Below are positions 36,276 to 47,200 of a DNA stretch of 64,000 bases, one piece after another. Origin of the DNA: Marinicella sp. (GTDB taxonomy: Bacteria; Pseudomonadota; Gammaproteobacteria; Xanthomonadales; Marinicellaceae); contig OZ246001.1 of NCBI GenBank assembly GCA_965230295.1, positions 3,584,001 to 3,648,000 on the forward strand. The letters run 5' to 3'. Positions within the stretch are counted from its first letter, which is position 1. Every line of letters begins with the position of its first letter. The notes beneath the pieces are model-generated. The model was not told the DNA's origin and did no database searches. It saw nothing but the letters and a program-made list of their open reading frames with translations. The position numbers and the translations under genes were made by a program.

Positions 36276-39137
36276 ATGAAAATTAAATCGCTCAAGGGGA
36301 TGGCCTCTTGTTTATTGATGGCTGTGTCAGTTCAGTCTTTTGCTGATGAAACCATCATGACCAACAATCGACTCAGTGCACCAGCCAAAGTTTATTACAA
36401 CGATTCACAAATACCCAGTGTCACAGCTGCAACCGAAGAAGATGCTGCTTTTGTTATGGGGTATTTGCATGCCAAAGACCGATTGTTTCAAATGGATTAC
36501 ACCAGAAAAATTGCCCAAGGCAAGTTGGCAGAATTGGTTGGTGTGGCAGCACTTTCTAATGACATTCAATTCAGAACCATTGGTTTTGAGCGGGCGGCAA
36601 GGCGATCACTGCCTGTGATGTCGGCCAAAACCCAAGGCATGTTAAAGGCTTATGCTGATGGTGTGAATGCATGGTTAGATAACAATGATTTACCGATTGA
36701 GTATGCAGGTTTGGAAGTCACCAGTATTGACCGTTGGTTACCGATCCATTCTGTAGCCATTGCCAAGTTGATTGCCTTTGACTTATCCAATGATTTACAG
36801 GAGATTGATAACACCATCACCATTGGAACATTTCAACAGGTAGGAGCTGCAGCAGGATTTGACGGTACGGCGTTGTTCTTTGAAGACCTCTACCGGGCTG
36901 CACCGCCTGATGATCGAGTCAGTGTTCCAGGATTTTTAGGCTCCATTGGCGGATTGGGAAAATCACAAAGTGATTTACCAAAGTCTGTGGGTGATTTCAC
37001 CATGGATTTGTCTGATGTTGAAATGAATTTATTGCATGAGATCAAAGCCAATTGGGAAAGTTCGCCAGTGATTAAATCACTGAAGAATGATGGTAATTTT
37101 GATAAAGGCTCCAATGTATGGGTCATTGCAGGTGACAAATCAGACAGCGGTTCTCCCTTGATAGCCAACGACCCACACTTAAGCTTGGGTTACCCGTCTA
37201 CGTTTTACCCCATGCACATGGCCGCTGACACTGGATTGAATATTGCAGGTGTGGGTTTTCCGGGTGCACCTGTGACAGCACAAGGCTGCAATGAAAACCT
37301 CTGCTGGGGCAGTACTGTTCATCCGGTGGATGAAACAGACTTCTTTTTCGAGTCGCTGAAAACCAACTCTTTTGGTATTCCAACCCACACAGTTTATCAA
37401 GGGCAGGATGAGCCCATTGTCTGGGTCTTTCAAACTTACAATGCCAATGTCATTGGTGATGGTGTGATGAACAACACCGAAAGACAAGAAGTGGGGTATA
37501 CACAAGGTGGCCTGACTTATTTGGTACCTCGCCGAAACTTTGGCCCGATTTTGAGTGTAGATACGGCCAATGCCCAAGCCGTTACCATGCAATATACTGG
37601 ATTTGGCCCAACCAAAGAAATTGAAGCGTTCTTTGAAATGGCCAGAGCTGCCAATATCGATGAATTCAAAACAGCTTTAACCAAGTTTGATGTGGGTTCT
37701 CAAAACTTTGGTGTGGTTGATCGGGATGGTAACATTGGTTATTTCACCGGTGCAGAAGTGCCGATTCGTGAAGACTTACAACTGATGATGCAACCTGATG
37801 GTTCGCCACCCATGTTCATTCGTGATGGAACGGGCACACAAATGAATGAGTGGATGACCCTCACCAATCCTGATTTGAACCAAGCAACACCCTACGAAGT
37901 CATACCATTTGATGAAATGCCGTTCAGTGTCAATCCAGACAGTGGTTATGTGGCCAATGCCAACAACGACCCCATCGGCGTATCTATTGACAACAATGTG
38001 CTGAATCAAGTCAGGCCTGGAGGTGGTTTGTATTACATTTCTCAAGGCGGGTATTCAGCTTACCGCCAAGGGCGTTTGGATCGCTTGATACAAGATGACT
38101 TGGCCAATGGCGTTCGCTTGAACAGCCAACGCATGAAAGAGTACCAGGCCAACAATCAATTGTTAGATGCTGAGCTGATCATGCCCCACATCCTGAATGC
38201 AGTCAGCCGGGCCTCAGACATTGGAGCTTGGCCAGGTATTGCCCAATTCTTGGGAGATCCACGCGTTGTGGAGGCAACCGGTTATTTCGGAACCTGGGAT
38301 TTCAGTACCCCAACAGGATTAACAGAGGGTTATGATCCGTTTGAAAATCCATTCTTCCTGTCACCGCCCACTGATACAGAAATTCGCCATTCTGTGGCAG
38401 CCAGTATCTATTCTGTGTGGCGTGCCAGGGTGATCAACAATACCATAGACCTTACATTAGCTGGGATCGATGATGCCATTGGCCAAAATGTCATGAGTGC
38501 CAATCGCCCAGGTAGCCGTTTTGCCATCAATGCGTTTCAGAACTTCCTGGATACTTTTGCAACCAATCAAGGTTATGGGGTATCAGGCATCAATTTCTTT
38601 ACCAATCCAGACGCCCCAACTCGTGAAGATGCCAGAGATTTTGTTTTATTGGCATCATTAAAAGAAGCACTTGATATGATGGCTGGAGATGGTTTCCAAG
38701 CGGCGTTCAACAACTCAAGTGATTTGGATGATTACCGCTGGGGTAAATTGCATCGCATCACTTTCTCTCACCCTTTGGGTGATTCCTTGTCAGTCCCCAA
38801 TGGCATGTTCGGTCTTTCTACAGTGGATGGCCTGGATGGTGTGGCGCGTTCGGGTGGTTACCAAGTTCTTGATGCATCTTCTCACAGCACGCGAGCCGAC
38901 AGCAGTGATGAATTCATGTTTGGCTCAGGTCCAGCCAGAAGATTCGTTGCCGAAGTGACTTCTCTGGGAATCATTGCTGAACAAATCATTCCAGGTGGTC
39001 AAAGTGGAGTGATCACTTCTGGCCCTAATTATGTGAATCAATTGGTGCTGTGGCTGGTCAATGGTTATTTACCATTGATTACTGACTTGGATACCATCAT
39101 TGCATTGGCCAATGAGGAATATGACTTTTTACCCTAA
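36276..39137 (+). CDS. Penicillin acylase family (S45) Ntn-hydrolase, secreted
   Basis: Signal peptide; GYLHAKDRLFQMD, G|SNVWVI (N-terminal nucleophile), ANDPHL, NANND, WGKLH, PGGQSG. Confidence 0.92.
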   Translation: MKIKSLKGMASCLLMAVSVQSFADETIMTNNRLSAPAKVYYNDSQIPSVTAATEEDAAFVMGYLHAKDRLFQMDYTRKIAQGKLAELVGVAALSNDIQFRTIGFERAARRSLPVMSAKTQGMLKAYADGVNAWLDNNDLPIEYAGLEVTSIDRWLPIHSVAIAKLIAFDLSNDLQEIDNTITIGTFQQVGAAAGFDGTALFFEDLYRAAPPDDRVSVPGFLGSIGGLGKSQSDLPKSVGDFTMDLSDVEMNLLHEIKANWESSPVIKSLKNDGNFDKGSNVWVIAGDKSDSGSPLIANDPHLSLGYPSTFYPMHMAADTGLNIAGVGFPGAPVTAQGCNENLCWGSTVHPVDETDFFFESLKTNSFGIPTHTVYQGQDEPIVWVFQTYNANVIGDGVMNNTERQEVGYTQGGLTYLVPRRNFGPILSVDTANAQAVTMQYTGFGPTKEIEAFFEMARAANIDEFKTALTKFDVGSQNFGVVDRDGNIGYFTGAEVPIREDLQLMMQPDGSPPMFIRDGTGTQMNEWMTLTNPDLNQATPYEVIPFDEMPFSVNPDSGYVANANNDPIGVSIDNNVLNQVRPGGGLYYISQGGYSAYRQGRLDRLIQDDLANGVRLNSQRMKEYQANNQLLDAELIMPHILNAVSRASDIGAWPGIAQFLGDPRVVEATGYFGTWDFSTPTGLTEGYDPFENPFFLSPPTDTEIRHSVAASIYSVWRARVINNTIDLTLAGIDDAIGQNVMSANRPGSRFAINAFQNFLDTFATNQGYGVSGINFFTNPDAPTREDARDFVLLASLKEALDMMAGDGFQAAFNNSSDLDDYRWGKLHRITFSHPLGDSLSVPNGMFGLSTVDGLDGVARSGGYQVLDASSHSTRADSSDEFMFGSGPARRFVAEVTSLGIIAEQIIPGGQSGVITSGPNYVNQLVLWLVNGYLPLITDLDTIIALANEEYDFLP

Positions 39138-39158
39138 AGTCAGTCAATAACTGAAACT

Positions 39159-39188
39159 AAGCCCTGTTCATTTCAGGGCTTTTTTTTG
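39159..39188 (+). terminator. Intrinsic terminator after the acylase, overlapping the 3' end of the convergent gene
   Basis: AAGCCCTG-ttcattt-CAGGGCTTTTTTTT. Confidence 0.75.
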
Positions 39189-39931
39189 CGCCCCAAAACT
39201 TTTTTTATCTTGATGATTGAAGCACGCAAAGGCGTTCTGGGAATCTTCGGCGAATGATTGATCAATGAGTTGAATGTGGCTGGCTCAACATGAAGTTGAC
39301 CACCATGAGCCAACAACACCTGGTCAGGCTTGAGGTCTCGTATCTTTTGCAAAGAACGTTTGTATTTGTTGGGATGAAAAACCGGGAATGGGTGAATAAA
39401 CCTTTGACGTAATTTAATAAATAAATCAGCCACATAGATCATGTTCTTTTGGGGGTGCCAAATACTCAAGTCTCGGTCGGTATGTCCTGGCGTTTCTAAG
39501 ATTTGCCAGTCCTCAAAACCAGGTACCAAATCGCCTTCATTAAGCTTTAGGTTCGGTTTTAATTTTCTGGAAAAAGCGACATACTTATAGGGTTTGTTCA
39601 TTCTTCGACCCACATACAACGTTAACACCACATCAATCCAATGCATCAGCACCCCATTGACACCACGATACCAATGGTTGTCTTTATTGGCTGATGCTAT
39701 CTGGCAGCCAGTAATTTTTCTGAGTTTATGAGCGGCACCGGCATGATCCGGGTGCATGTGCGTCACCAGAATCAGTTTTAAATCTGACTTGTTGCGCTTC
39801 AGGTCTTGTTCAATGAAGTCAATGATTTGCCAAACATCAGCACGACAACAACCATCTAACAGCAACAAGCCATGTGTGTATTCGATCAAATAGATGGATT
39901 GGATGTAACCCGGTAGCTGATGCACTTTCAT
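39173..39931 (-). CDS. MBL-fold metallo-hydrolase
   Basis: THMHPDHAG, TPGHT, VADL, AHG; start set at MKVHQ (ATGA overlap with upstream stop) rather than 40033. Confidence 0.88.
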   Translation of the reverse strand: MKVHQLPGYIQSIYLIEYTHGLLLLDGCCRADVWQIIDFIEQDLKRNKSDLKLILVTHMHPDHAGAAHKLRKITGCQIASANKDNHWYRGVNGVLMHWIDVVLTLYVGRRMNKPYKYVAFSRKLKPNLKLNEGDLVPGFEDWQILETPGHTDRDLSIWHPQKNMIYVADLFIKLRQRFIHPFPVFHPNKYKRSLQKIRDLKPDQVLLAHGGQLHVEPATFNSLINHSPKIPRTPLRASIIKIKKVLGRKKKP

Positions 39932-40848
39932 GAGTCTGATACTTTCAACTGTTTGCGGATGTAGTGGCCAGCTTGTTGTAAGGCTTGTCTGGCTTGCTTG
40001 AATAAACTGGGTGAAAAATGAAACACATGCCACAGTTCAGGATAGGTCATCAACTTCACATGCACGCCTACCTGAATCGCTCGTTGTTTCAGTAGCAAAC
40101 TGTCATCTAACAGCACCTCATCAGTACCGACATGAATCAGCATCGGTGCAATGCCCTTATAATTTCGATCTGCTAAACAAGCTTGTTGCTTAGCTATTGG
40201 GTCTCGTAAGTAATTATCAGCCATTTGCATGCTCCAACCCTCATTGATAACAGGGTCTGATTTTAACTGGGTTCTGTGGCTGGCTGTATCGCGAGTCATA
40301 TTGACCAATGGAGAGATTAAAAACAAACAGCCAGGCTGCAGGGATGGTTGGTCTATAGACTTCAATGCCAGTGACAGGGCCAACCCACCACCCGCTGAAT
40401 CACCAGCCAGGGTGATATTGTGTGCAGGTATACCTTTAGCAACCAAAGCCATAAAGGCTGCTTCGGCATCTTCCAGTGCGGCAGGGAAAGGATGTTCTGG
40501 TGCCAAACGGTAATCAAGTGATAACACCGGCACACCCGAATATTTGGCCAGGTAGGCACACAAATCTCGGTGTGAACGAGGGGAGCCAATGCCATAGCCA
40601 CCACCGTGAAAATACAAAATCACATGATTGGTCGGATTGACACCCAAAGGATAAAACCACCAGGCTTTTCGATTGGCCAATTGACTTTTAACCACAGTGA
40701 TTGATTTGGGCAGAGGGGCATAGCCACCAACCAAGTTCAACCCCTTGCGCTGCAACCACAAGGGACATTTTTTGTTCATAAACAGGCCTGAGGTGAGTTT
40801 CACCAGCTTGCGCATGGTTTCTTTTGATAAATTGAACATCGGTAACAA
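39928..40848 (-). CDS. Alpha/beta hydrolase (HSL-family esterase/lipase)
   Basis: HGGGY, DYRLAPEHPFPAA, GDSAGG, WHVF. Confidence 0.9.
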   Translation of the reverse strand: MLPMFNLSKETMRKLVKLTSGLFMNKKCPLWLQRKGLNLVGGYAPLPKSITVVKSQLANRKAWWFYPLGVNPTNHVILYFHGGGYGIGSPRSHRDLCAYLAKYSGVPVLSLDYRLAPEHPFPAALEDAEAAFMALVAKGIPAHNITLAGDSAGGGLALSLALKSIDQPSLQPGCLFLISPLVNMTRDTASHRTQLKSDPVINEGWSMQMADNYLRDPIAKQQACLADRNYKGIAPMLIHVGTDEVLLDDSLLLKQRAIQVGVHVKLMTYPELWHVFHFSPSLFKQARQALQQAGHYIRKQLKVSDS

Positions 40849-41021
40849 TCGTGGGTTTCGACTGAATATTTTAGCTCAGCCAGATAAAGAAAATCAGTTT
40901 TCCATTCCAATAAACTTAAAATTCAGGCTTTTAATGGATGATATTTTGAAACTTATGTAAGTTATTCATGTCAATGGAGTTTTGTTGCTTTGTCATGCAC
41001 TTTGAGATAACATTCACAACC

Positions 41022-41375
41022 ATGAAGTATTCACTCATACAAAAATTGATGCTTATATTTTGTTTGGTCTTGCAAGGCTCTGTTGTCCAAGCCGATATTT
41101 GCAACATGCCTATGGATTCTTCTGTGTCTGAAGTGCGTGCATCTATGACTGATCACGGCAATCATGATATGACCATGAAAACTGATCAAACAGAACAGCA
41201 AAATTGTTGTTCTGAAAAATGTGAATGTGTGATGTTCTCATGCCAAATTGCATATTCTGTGAACCAAGGCTCTATCGTATATTTAATAGCCAAAACCCAA
41301 CTTTCAGATTTTTCTCATTCGTCCATTTTGATGGGCATCCACACATCAATATACCGCCCTCCCATTTTTACTTAA
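41022..41375 (+). CDS. Small exported Cys/His/Met-rich metal-binding protein (CopL/CutF-like) upstream of the efflux operon
   Basis: Signal peptide ..VVQA; MTDHGNHDM; CCSEKCEC..SC; C-terminal IYRPPIF; start at MKYSL (ORF-track start 40968). Confidence 0.65.
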   Translation: MKYSLIQKLMLIFCLVLQGSVVQADICNMPMDSSVSEVRASMTDHGNHDMTMKTDQTEQQNCCSEKCECVMFSCQIAYSVNQGSIVYLIAKTQLSDFSHSSILMGIHTSIYRPPIFT

Positions 41376-41456
41376 GACAGGATAGTTGCGCCTGAATTTT
41401 ATGGCTTCTGGCCTTGTCAGGCTGCATTTTGTTGACAATAAAAATGAGATTTAATC

Positions 41457-42764
41457 ATGAGGCAAACATTTTTCGCCATTGTATATTTGGCATTTTATTC
41501 CCTGTCATTGGCATCTGAATCTGCAGAGCAAATGACAGTTAACCTCAAGTTTGAGGAAGCAATCAATACAGCGATCAGTAATGATCCTTGGCTTTTAGGT
41601 AGCATACATCAACAAAAGTCTTTGGATGCACTCAGCGTGTCTGCAGGACAACTGCCTGACCCCAAAGTGTCTGTCGGGCTGGTTAATTTGGCCACTGACA
41701 CATTTGATTTTAGCCAAGAAAGGATGACCCACCTCAAATTGGGTATCACCCAACAGTTTCCAAGAGGCGAAACCAGAAAACTCAGACAGGATCAACTGAA
41801 ACTGCACAGCAGTCAATTTCCTTTTCTGAGGGCGGATCGGATGGGGCAGATCACCATGCTGGTTGGCAATATTTGGTTGGATTTATACGAAACTCAAGAG
41901 AGCATACGCATCATCAAGGGCAGCCGACAGTTATTTGAAAACTTGGTAGAAATTGCCGAAAGCAGTTACAGCGCTGCCATTGCAAAGACCAATCAATTGG
42001 ACATCGTCCAAGCAGAACTGGAGTTGTCATTGCTAGATGACAGACTCGTTGTTTTGGAACAAAACCAACAAATGCATGTGGCTCAATTGTCTCGGTGGTT
42101 GGGACTAAATTTGGTTAAGAACAGCGCTGTTGATAGGCAGCTCCCTGACCTTAACCAGACTAACAACGAAGCCGTCGATTCAGGCCAATTCATGTATCAT
42201 CCAGCAGTCTTATCAGTTGATAAAAAAATTGAATCAGGTGTTGTCGACATTGAATTGGCTGAGCAACAATATAAACCTGCTTGGTCATGGAACATAGGCT
42301 ATGGATACCGAGACAGTGATCCTACTGGGTTTGACCGGTCTGATTTGCTTTCTGTGAATGTGAATTTTGACTTACCTCTGTTCACCAGTCATCGACAGGA
42401 TAAAGGGTTGGAGGCGGCTGTAGAGTCACACAATGCCTTATTGACAGAGAAAGAGGACATCCTCCGAAAGTTGATGGCTATTGACGAGGAAAATTCACAG
42501 GCACTTTGGGGATTGTCCAAAAGAGCCAAACTGTACCTCGAAGATCTGTTACCTCAGATCAATGATAGTGTAGAAATTGCACTGCGGGCTTACTCCAGTG
42601 ATGAAGGCACTTTCGATGATGTGATCAGGGCCCAAATTTCAAAATTAGATGCTTCTTTGCAATTGTTAAAAATCCAGGTTGAGACTCAAAAGCGGGCCTT
42701 GTCCATCAACTACGCTCGCATGAGTGAGGCAAACCATATGTTCTCAAGAGGAGGTGGCTCATGA
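41457..42764 (+). CDS. TolC/CusC-like outer membrane efflux protein
   Basis: Signal peptide; AGQLPDP, QERMT, QQFPRG, DLPLF; first gene of a CBA cluster. Confidence 0.85.
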   Translation: MRQTFFAIVYLAFYSLSLASESAEQMTVNLKFEEAINTAISNDPWLLGSIHQQKSLDALSVSAGQLPDPKVSVGLVNLATDTFDFSQERMTHLKLGITQQFPRGETRKLRQDQLKLHSSQFPFLRADRMGQITMLVGNIWLDLYETQESIRIIKGSRQLFENLVEIAESSYSAAIAKTNQLDIVQAELELSLLDDRLVVLEQNQQMHVAQLSRWLGLNLVKNSAVDRQLPDLNQTNNEAVDSGQFMYHPAVLSVDKKIESGVVDIELAEQQYKPAWSWNIGYGYRDSDPTGFDRSDLLSVNVNFDLPLFTSHRQDKGLEAAVESHNALLTEKEDILRKLMAIDEENSQALWGLSKRAKLYLEDLLPQINDSVEIALRAYSSDEGTFDDVIRAQISKLDASLQLLKIQVETQKRALSINYARMSEANHMFSRGGGS

Positions 42765-44212
42765 AAAACATCATTAAATTCATGCTACCAGGTGTCCTAT
42801 TGGGTGTTTTGATCACCATGTCGATTTCAAAACTAACCAACCAATCTGAAGAAACATCAACAGAAGCGAAGCCACTTTATTGGGTCGCTCCGATGGATCC
42901 AGATTTTCGGCAAGACCAACCAGGCTTATCGCCCATGGGTATGGAATTGGTGCCAGTGTATGCCTCGGACTCGAGTGCAAAAGACAGTTCAGCGGGTGAA
43001 GTGTCCATCTCTTCAGTGGTTGCCAACAATTTGGGACTCAAGACTGCCATGGCCCGGGTAGGGCACCTCAAAGGTAAGATCAACACGGTAGGTATCATCC
43101 AATACGATGAAAACAAACTCCTGCATATTCATCCACGAGTCGAAGGCTGGATTGAGAAGCTTCATGTGAAATCAATGGGTGACCAAGTGGCCAAAGGGCA
43201 ATTATTGTATGAGATTTATTCGCCTGAATTGGTCAATGCACAAGAAGAATTTATATTGGCTTTAAAACGCAACAACACCGCATTGATCAAAGCATCTGAA
43301 GCACGTCTGAAATCCCTGCAAATTCCAATGGATGTGATTAATTTGATCAGAAAGCAAAGGGCGTCTGAGCAGACCATTCCATATTACTCACCACAGAAAG
43401 GAGTGATTGAACACATAGAAATCAGAGAGGGGTTCTTTGTTAAGCCCGGCACCACATTGATGTCAATTGCTGACTTAAGCAGCGTATGGGTAGAAGCCCA
43501 AGTTCTTAACTTCAATAAGCCAGATTTAATCACGGGCGCCATTGCGACCATGCGCCAGAAGGCATTTCCGAATCAAATTTGGCAAGGTGTGGTTGAGTAC
43601 ATCTATCCGTCATTGGATAGACAAACGCAAACGCTCAGGGCCCGTCTGACATTCCAAAATGATTCTGGCTTACTTAGACCCAACATGTTCGTAGATGTGG
43701 CTATTGATCAGCCTCAACTTGAAGCCTTGATCATCCCCAAAAATGCCCTGATTAGACTGGAGAACAGCCAGCGTGTGGTGATAAAAACAGACAATAATAG
43801 GTATAAATCGGTCAATGTATCCACAGGTGGTTATGATTCTGAGTTTATACAGATTACATCCGGCCTGTTACCGGGTGATGTTGTGGTGACTTCGGCCCAA
43901 TTTTTACTGGATTCAGAATCCAGCAAATCATCAGACTTTGATCGCATGAATCTGGGTGATATGGAAAATGTGGCTTTGACTTTTGGCACCATCAATGAAT
44001 TGGATGAACAAAACAGAACTTTGAACATCAGCCGGGATGGCATTGAAAAATGGAATCGACCACCTGCTACGTTGGATTTTTTTGTACCTGAACAAATTGA
44101 ATTTAACAAATTCCTGAAAGGGCAAAAACTGCAATTTTATTTTGAAATAAAAGATGGCGTTTTCTCTATCCTTCATGCTGATTTGGTGACAACAAGGAGT
44201 ATAGATTCATGA
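42761..44212 (+). CDS. CusB-like MFP with heavy-metal-binding N-terminus and CusF-like C-terminal domain
   Basis: YWVAPMDP..DQPGLSPMGMELVP, GWIEKL, YSPEL..AQEE, SAQFLLDSES. Confidence 0.88.
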   Translation: MKNIIKFMLPGVLLGVLITMSISKLTNQSEETSTEAKPLYWVAPMDPDFRQDQPGLSPMGMELVPVYASDSSAKDSSAGEVSISSVVANNLGLKTAMARVGHLKGKINTVGIIQYDENKLLHIHPRVEGWIEKLHVKSMGDQVAKGQLLYEIYSPELVNAQEEFILALKRNNTALIKASEARLKSLQIPMDVINLIRKQRASEQTIPYYSPQKGVIEHIEIREGFFVKPGTTLMSIADLSSVWVEAQVLNFNKPDLITGAIATMRQKAFPNQIWQGVVEYIYPSLDRQTQTLRARLTFQNDSGLLRPNMFVDVAIDQPQLEALIIPKNALIRLENSQRVVIKTDNNRYKSVNVSTGGYDSEFIQITSGLLPGDVVVTSAQFLLDSESSKSSDFDRMNLGDMENVALTFGTINELDEQNRTLNISRDGIEKWNRPPATLDFFVPEQIEFNKFLKGQKLQFYFEIKDGVFSILHADLVTTRSIDS

Positions 44213-47200
44213 TTGAAGCCGTGATCAAGTGGTCCATCAAACATCGTTTTCTGGTGTTGCTGGCCACTTTATTCATCATTGTTGGTGGGTTGTTTTCAGT
44301 CAAGCAAACACCCGTAGATGCAATCCCTGACTTGTCTGATGTTCAAGTGATTGTCAAAACCAGTTTTCCTGGCCAGTCACCTCAAGTGGTGGAAGATCAG
44401 GTCACATACCCATTAACCACGGCCATGCTAGCGGTACCTGGAGCGAAAACTGTCAGGGGCTTTTCATTTTTTGGTGACTCTTACGTCTACATCATTTTTG
44501 ATGAAGACACCGATTTATATTGGGCCAGATCCAGGGTTTTGGAGTATTTGAACCAGGCGGCATCACAGTTACCTCCGGAGGTTAAGCCACAACTGGGACC
44601 CGATGCCACCGGCGTGGGATGGGTCTATATTTATGCTTTGTCTGACCCAACCAACCAGTTAGACATCAGTGAACTCAGAAGTGCTCAGGATTGGTTTTTA
44701 AAATACGAATTACAAACCGTTGAAGGGGTCTCTGAAGTGGCGTCACTGGGCGGTATGGTCAAGCAGTACCAGATAGAGGTCAACCCCAATGCCCTCAGGG
44801 CTTTAAACATACCTTTGAACCATGTGGTTCAAGCCATCAAACAAGGCAGTCAAGAGGTGGGCGCTTCGGTGGTTGAAATGGCAGAGGCCGAATACATGAT
44901 CAATGCCACCGGGTACATCCAAAGTGTTGATGACCTGGAACATGTCCCCATTGGATTGAATCAAAATGGCGCGCCTTTGCTTTTACAAGACATCGCAGAC
45001 ATCAACATTGGACCTCAGATGAGAAGGGGTCTAGCTGATTTGAATGGGGACGGTGAAGTGGTTGGTGGCATTGTGGTCATGCGTTATGGAGAAAATGCCC
45101 AAGAAGTCATTGAGCGGGTAAAAACAAAACTGCAAGTTCTTGAAAAAAGCCTGCCAGAAGGTGTAACTGTTACCACAGTATATGACCGCAGTGATCTCAT
45201 CGTACGTGCTGTGAATAACCTGTGGGAGAAGCTCATTGAAGAGTTTCTGGTGGTCATTGGTGTTTGTCTGGTCTTTTTGTTTCATGTTCGTTCATCACTG
45301 GTTGCCATCATCAGTTTACCAGTGGGTATCCTTGCTGCCTTTATTGTCATGAACTTACAAGGACTCAATGCCAACATCATGTCTTTGGGTGGTATTGCCA
45401 TCGCCATCGGTGCCATGATTGACGGGGCCATTGTGATGATCGAAAACATGCACAAGCACATGGAAAAAACTGAACTCACTGATAAGAACCGGTGGCAAGT
45501 GGTGGCCAAATCTGCAGCTGAAGTCGGGCCTGCCTTATTTTTCAGCTTATTGATCATTACCGTCAGTTTCTTTCCAGTCTTTTCGCTGGAAGCTCAAGAA
45601 GGCCGCATGTTTTCACCGTTGGCATTCACCAAGACTTATGCCATGGCCGCTGCCGCCGCATTGGCCATTACATTGGTTCCGGTATTGATGGGGTATTTTG
45701 TGAGGGGGGAAGTAAGGGCTGAGCATAAGAACCCCATTAATCGTTTCCTGCTCAATTTGTATTTACCCGCATTGAAGGCTGCACTGCGCTTTCCCAAATC
45801 TACTTTGGTGCTTGCAGTTCTGATTCTTTTGATCAGTGCATGGCCAGTCCAAAAAATTGGCACCGAGTTCATGCCTCAATTGGATGAGGGCGATTTGATG
45901 TACATGCCTACCACTTATCCAGGCATTTCCATCGGAGAGGCTCGTGAGGTGTTGCAACAAACAGATAAATTGATTGCTACGGTTCCAGAAGTTAACACTG
46001 TTTTTGGCAAAATTGGCCGAGCTGAAACAGCCACTGATCCAGCACCGTTAACCATGATTGAAACCTTCATACAACTCAAGCCAAAGTCAGAGTGGCGTGA
46101 TGGCATGACAACCGATGTTCTTATCCAAGAATTGGACTCTCTGGTCAACATACCGGGTTTAACCAATGCCTGGGTCATGCCAATTAAGACCAGGATTGAT
46201 ATGTTGGCCACTGGCATCAAAACCCCGGTTGGCATCAAGGTAGCTGGACCCGATCTGGACACCATTCAAGCGATTGGGCAAGACATTGAATCAATCCTTA
46301 CTCAGGTTGAAGGAACTGCATCTGTGTATGCAGAAAGGGTCTCAGGAGGACGCTACCTGAAAATCGATATTGATCGATTGGCAGCAGCCAAATACGGATT
46401 GAATATCCAGGATGCTCAACAGTACATCAGCCTCGCTGTGGGTGGAAAAAACATTGCACAAAGTGTAGAAAAATTAGAAAGGTATCCAATCAACTTGCGA
46501 TTCCCGCAACACCTCAGGAATTCACCTGAGTCCATCTTAAGTTTGCCATTGATCACACCCACTGGGCAACACATTGCGCTGGGAGAAGTGGCTGATGTTT
46601 ATCTTGAAGACGGGCCACCTGGTATCAAAAGTGAAAATGCACGCATCAATGGTTGGGTTTATGTTGATATAGAAGACATCGATGTGGGCAGGTATGTTGA
46701 ACTGGCCAAAGCTTCGTTAGAAGACCATTTAACACTGCCGCCAGGTTATTCAATCACATGGTCTGGTCAATATGAATACATGTTGAGGGCAAAAGAAAAA
46801 TTGAGTTACTTGATTCCAATCACTTTAATGATCATTACCTTTTTGCTGTTCTTAAGCTTCAGAAGTTTTTTAGAAGTGGCCATTATTTTGGGCACCTTGC
46901 CTTTTGCTTTGGTGGGGAGCATTTGGTTGATGTATGGATTAGGTTTCAACTTTTCAGTGTCTGTGGGGGTTGGATTCATTGCATTGTCAGGCGTGGCAGT
47001 GGAAATAGGCGTCATTATGCTTAATTTTCTCAATAAAGGCTTTGATACACTTGAAGAGGCGCTAAATAAATCCAATAAGCGATTGACCAACGCGCATTTA
47101 AAGCAAGCTGTGATAGCAGGTTCCGGGATGCGGGTCAGGCCGGTGATGATGACTTCATTGTCAATCATTGTTGGACTTTTACCGATTCTATTCAGCGATG

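Noticed and set aside
39932-40033. N-terminal extension of the MBL hydrolase in the ORF track
   Set aside because: Overlaps the upstream esterase; the ATGA-coupled start at 39931 is more plausible
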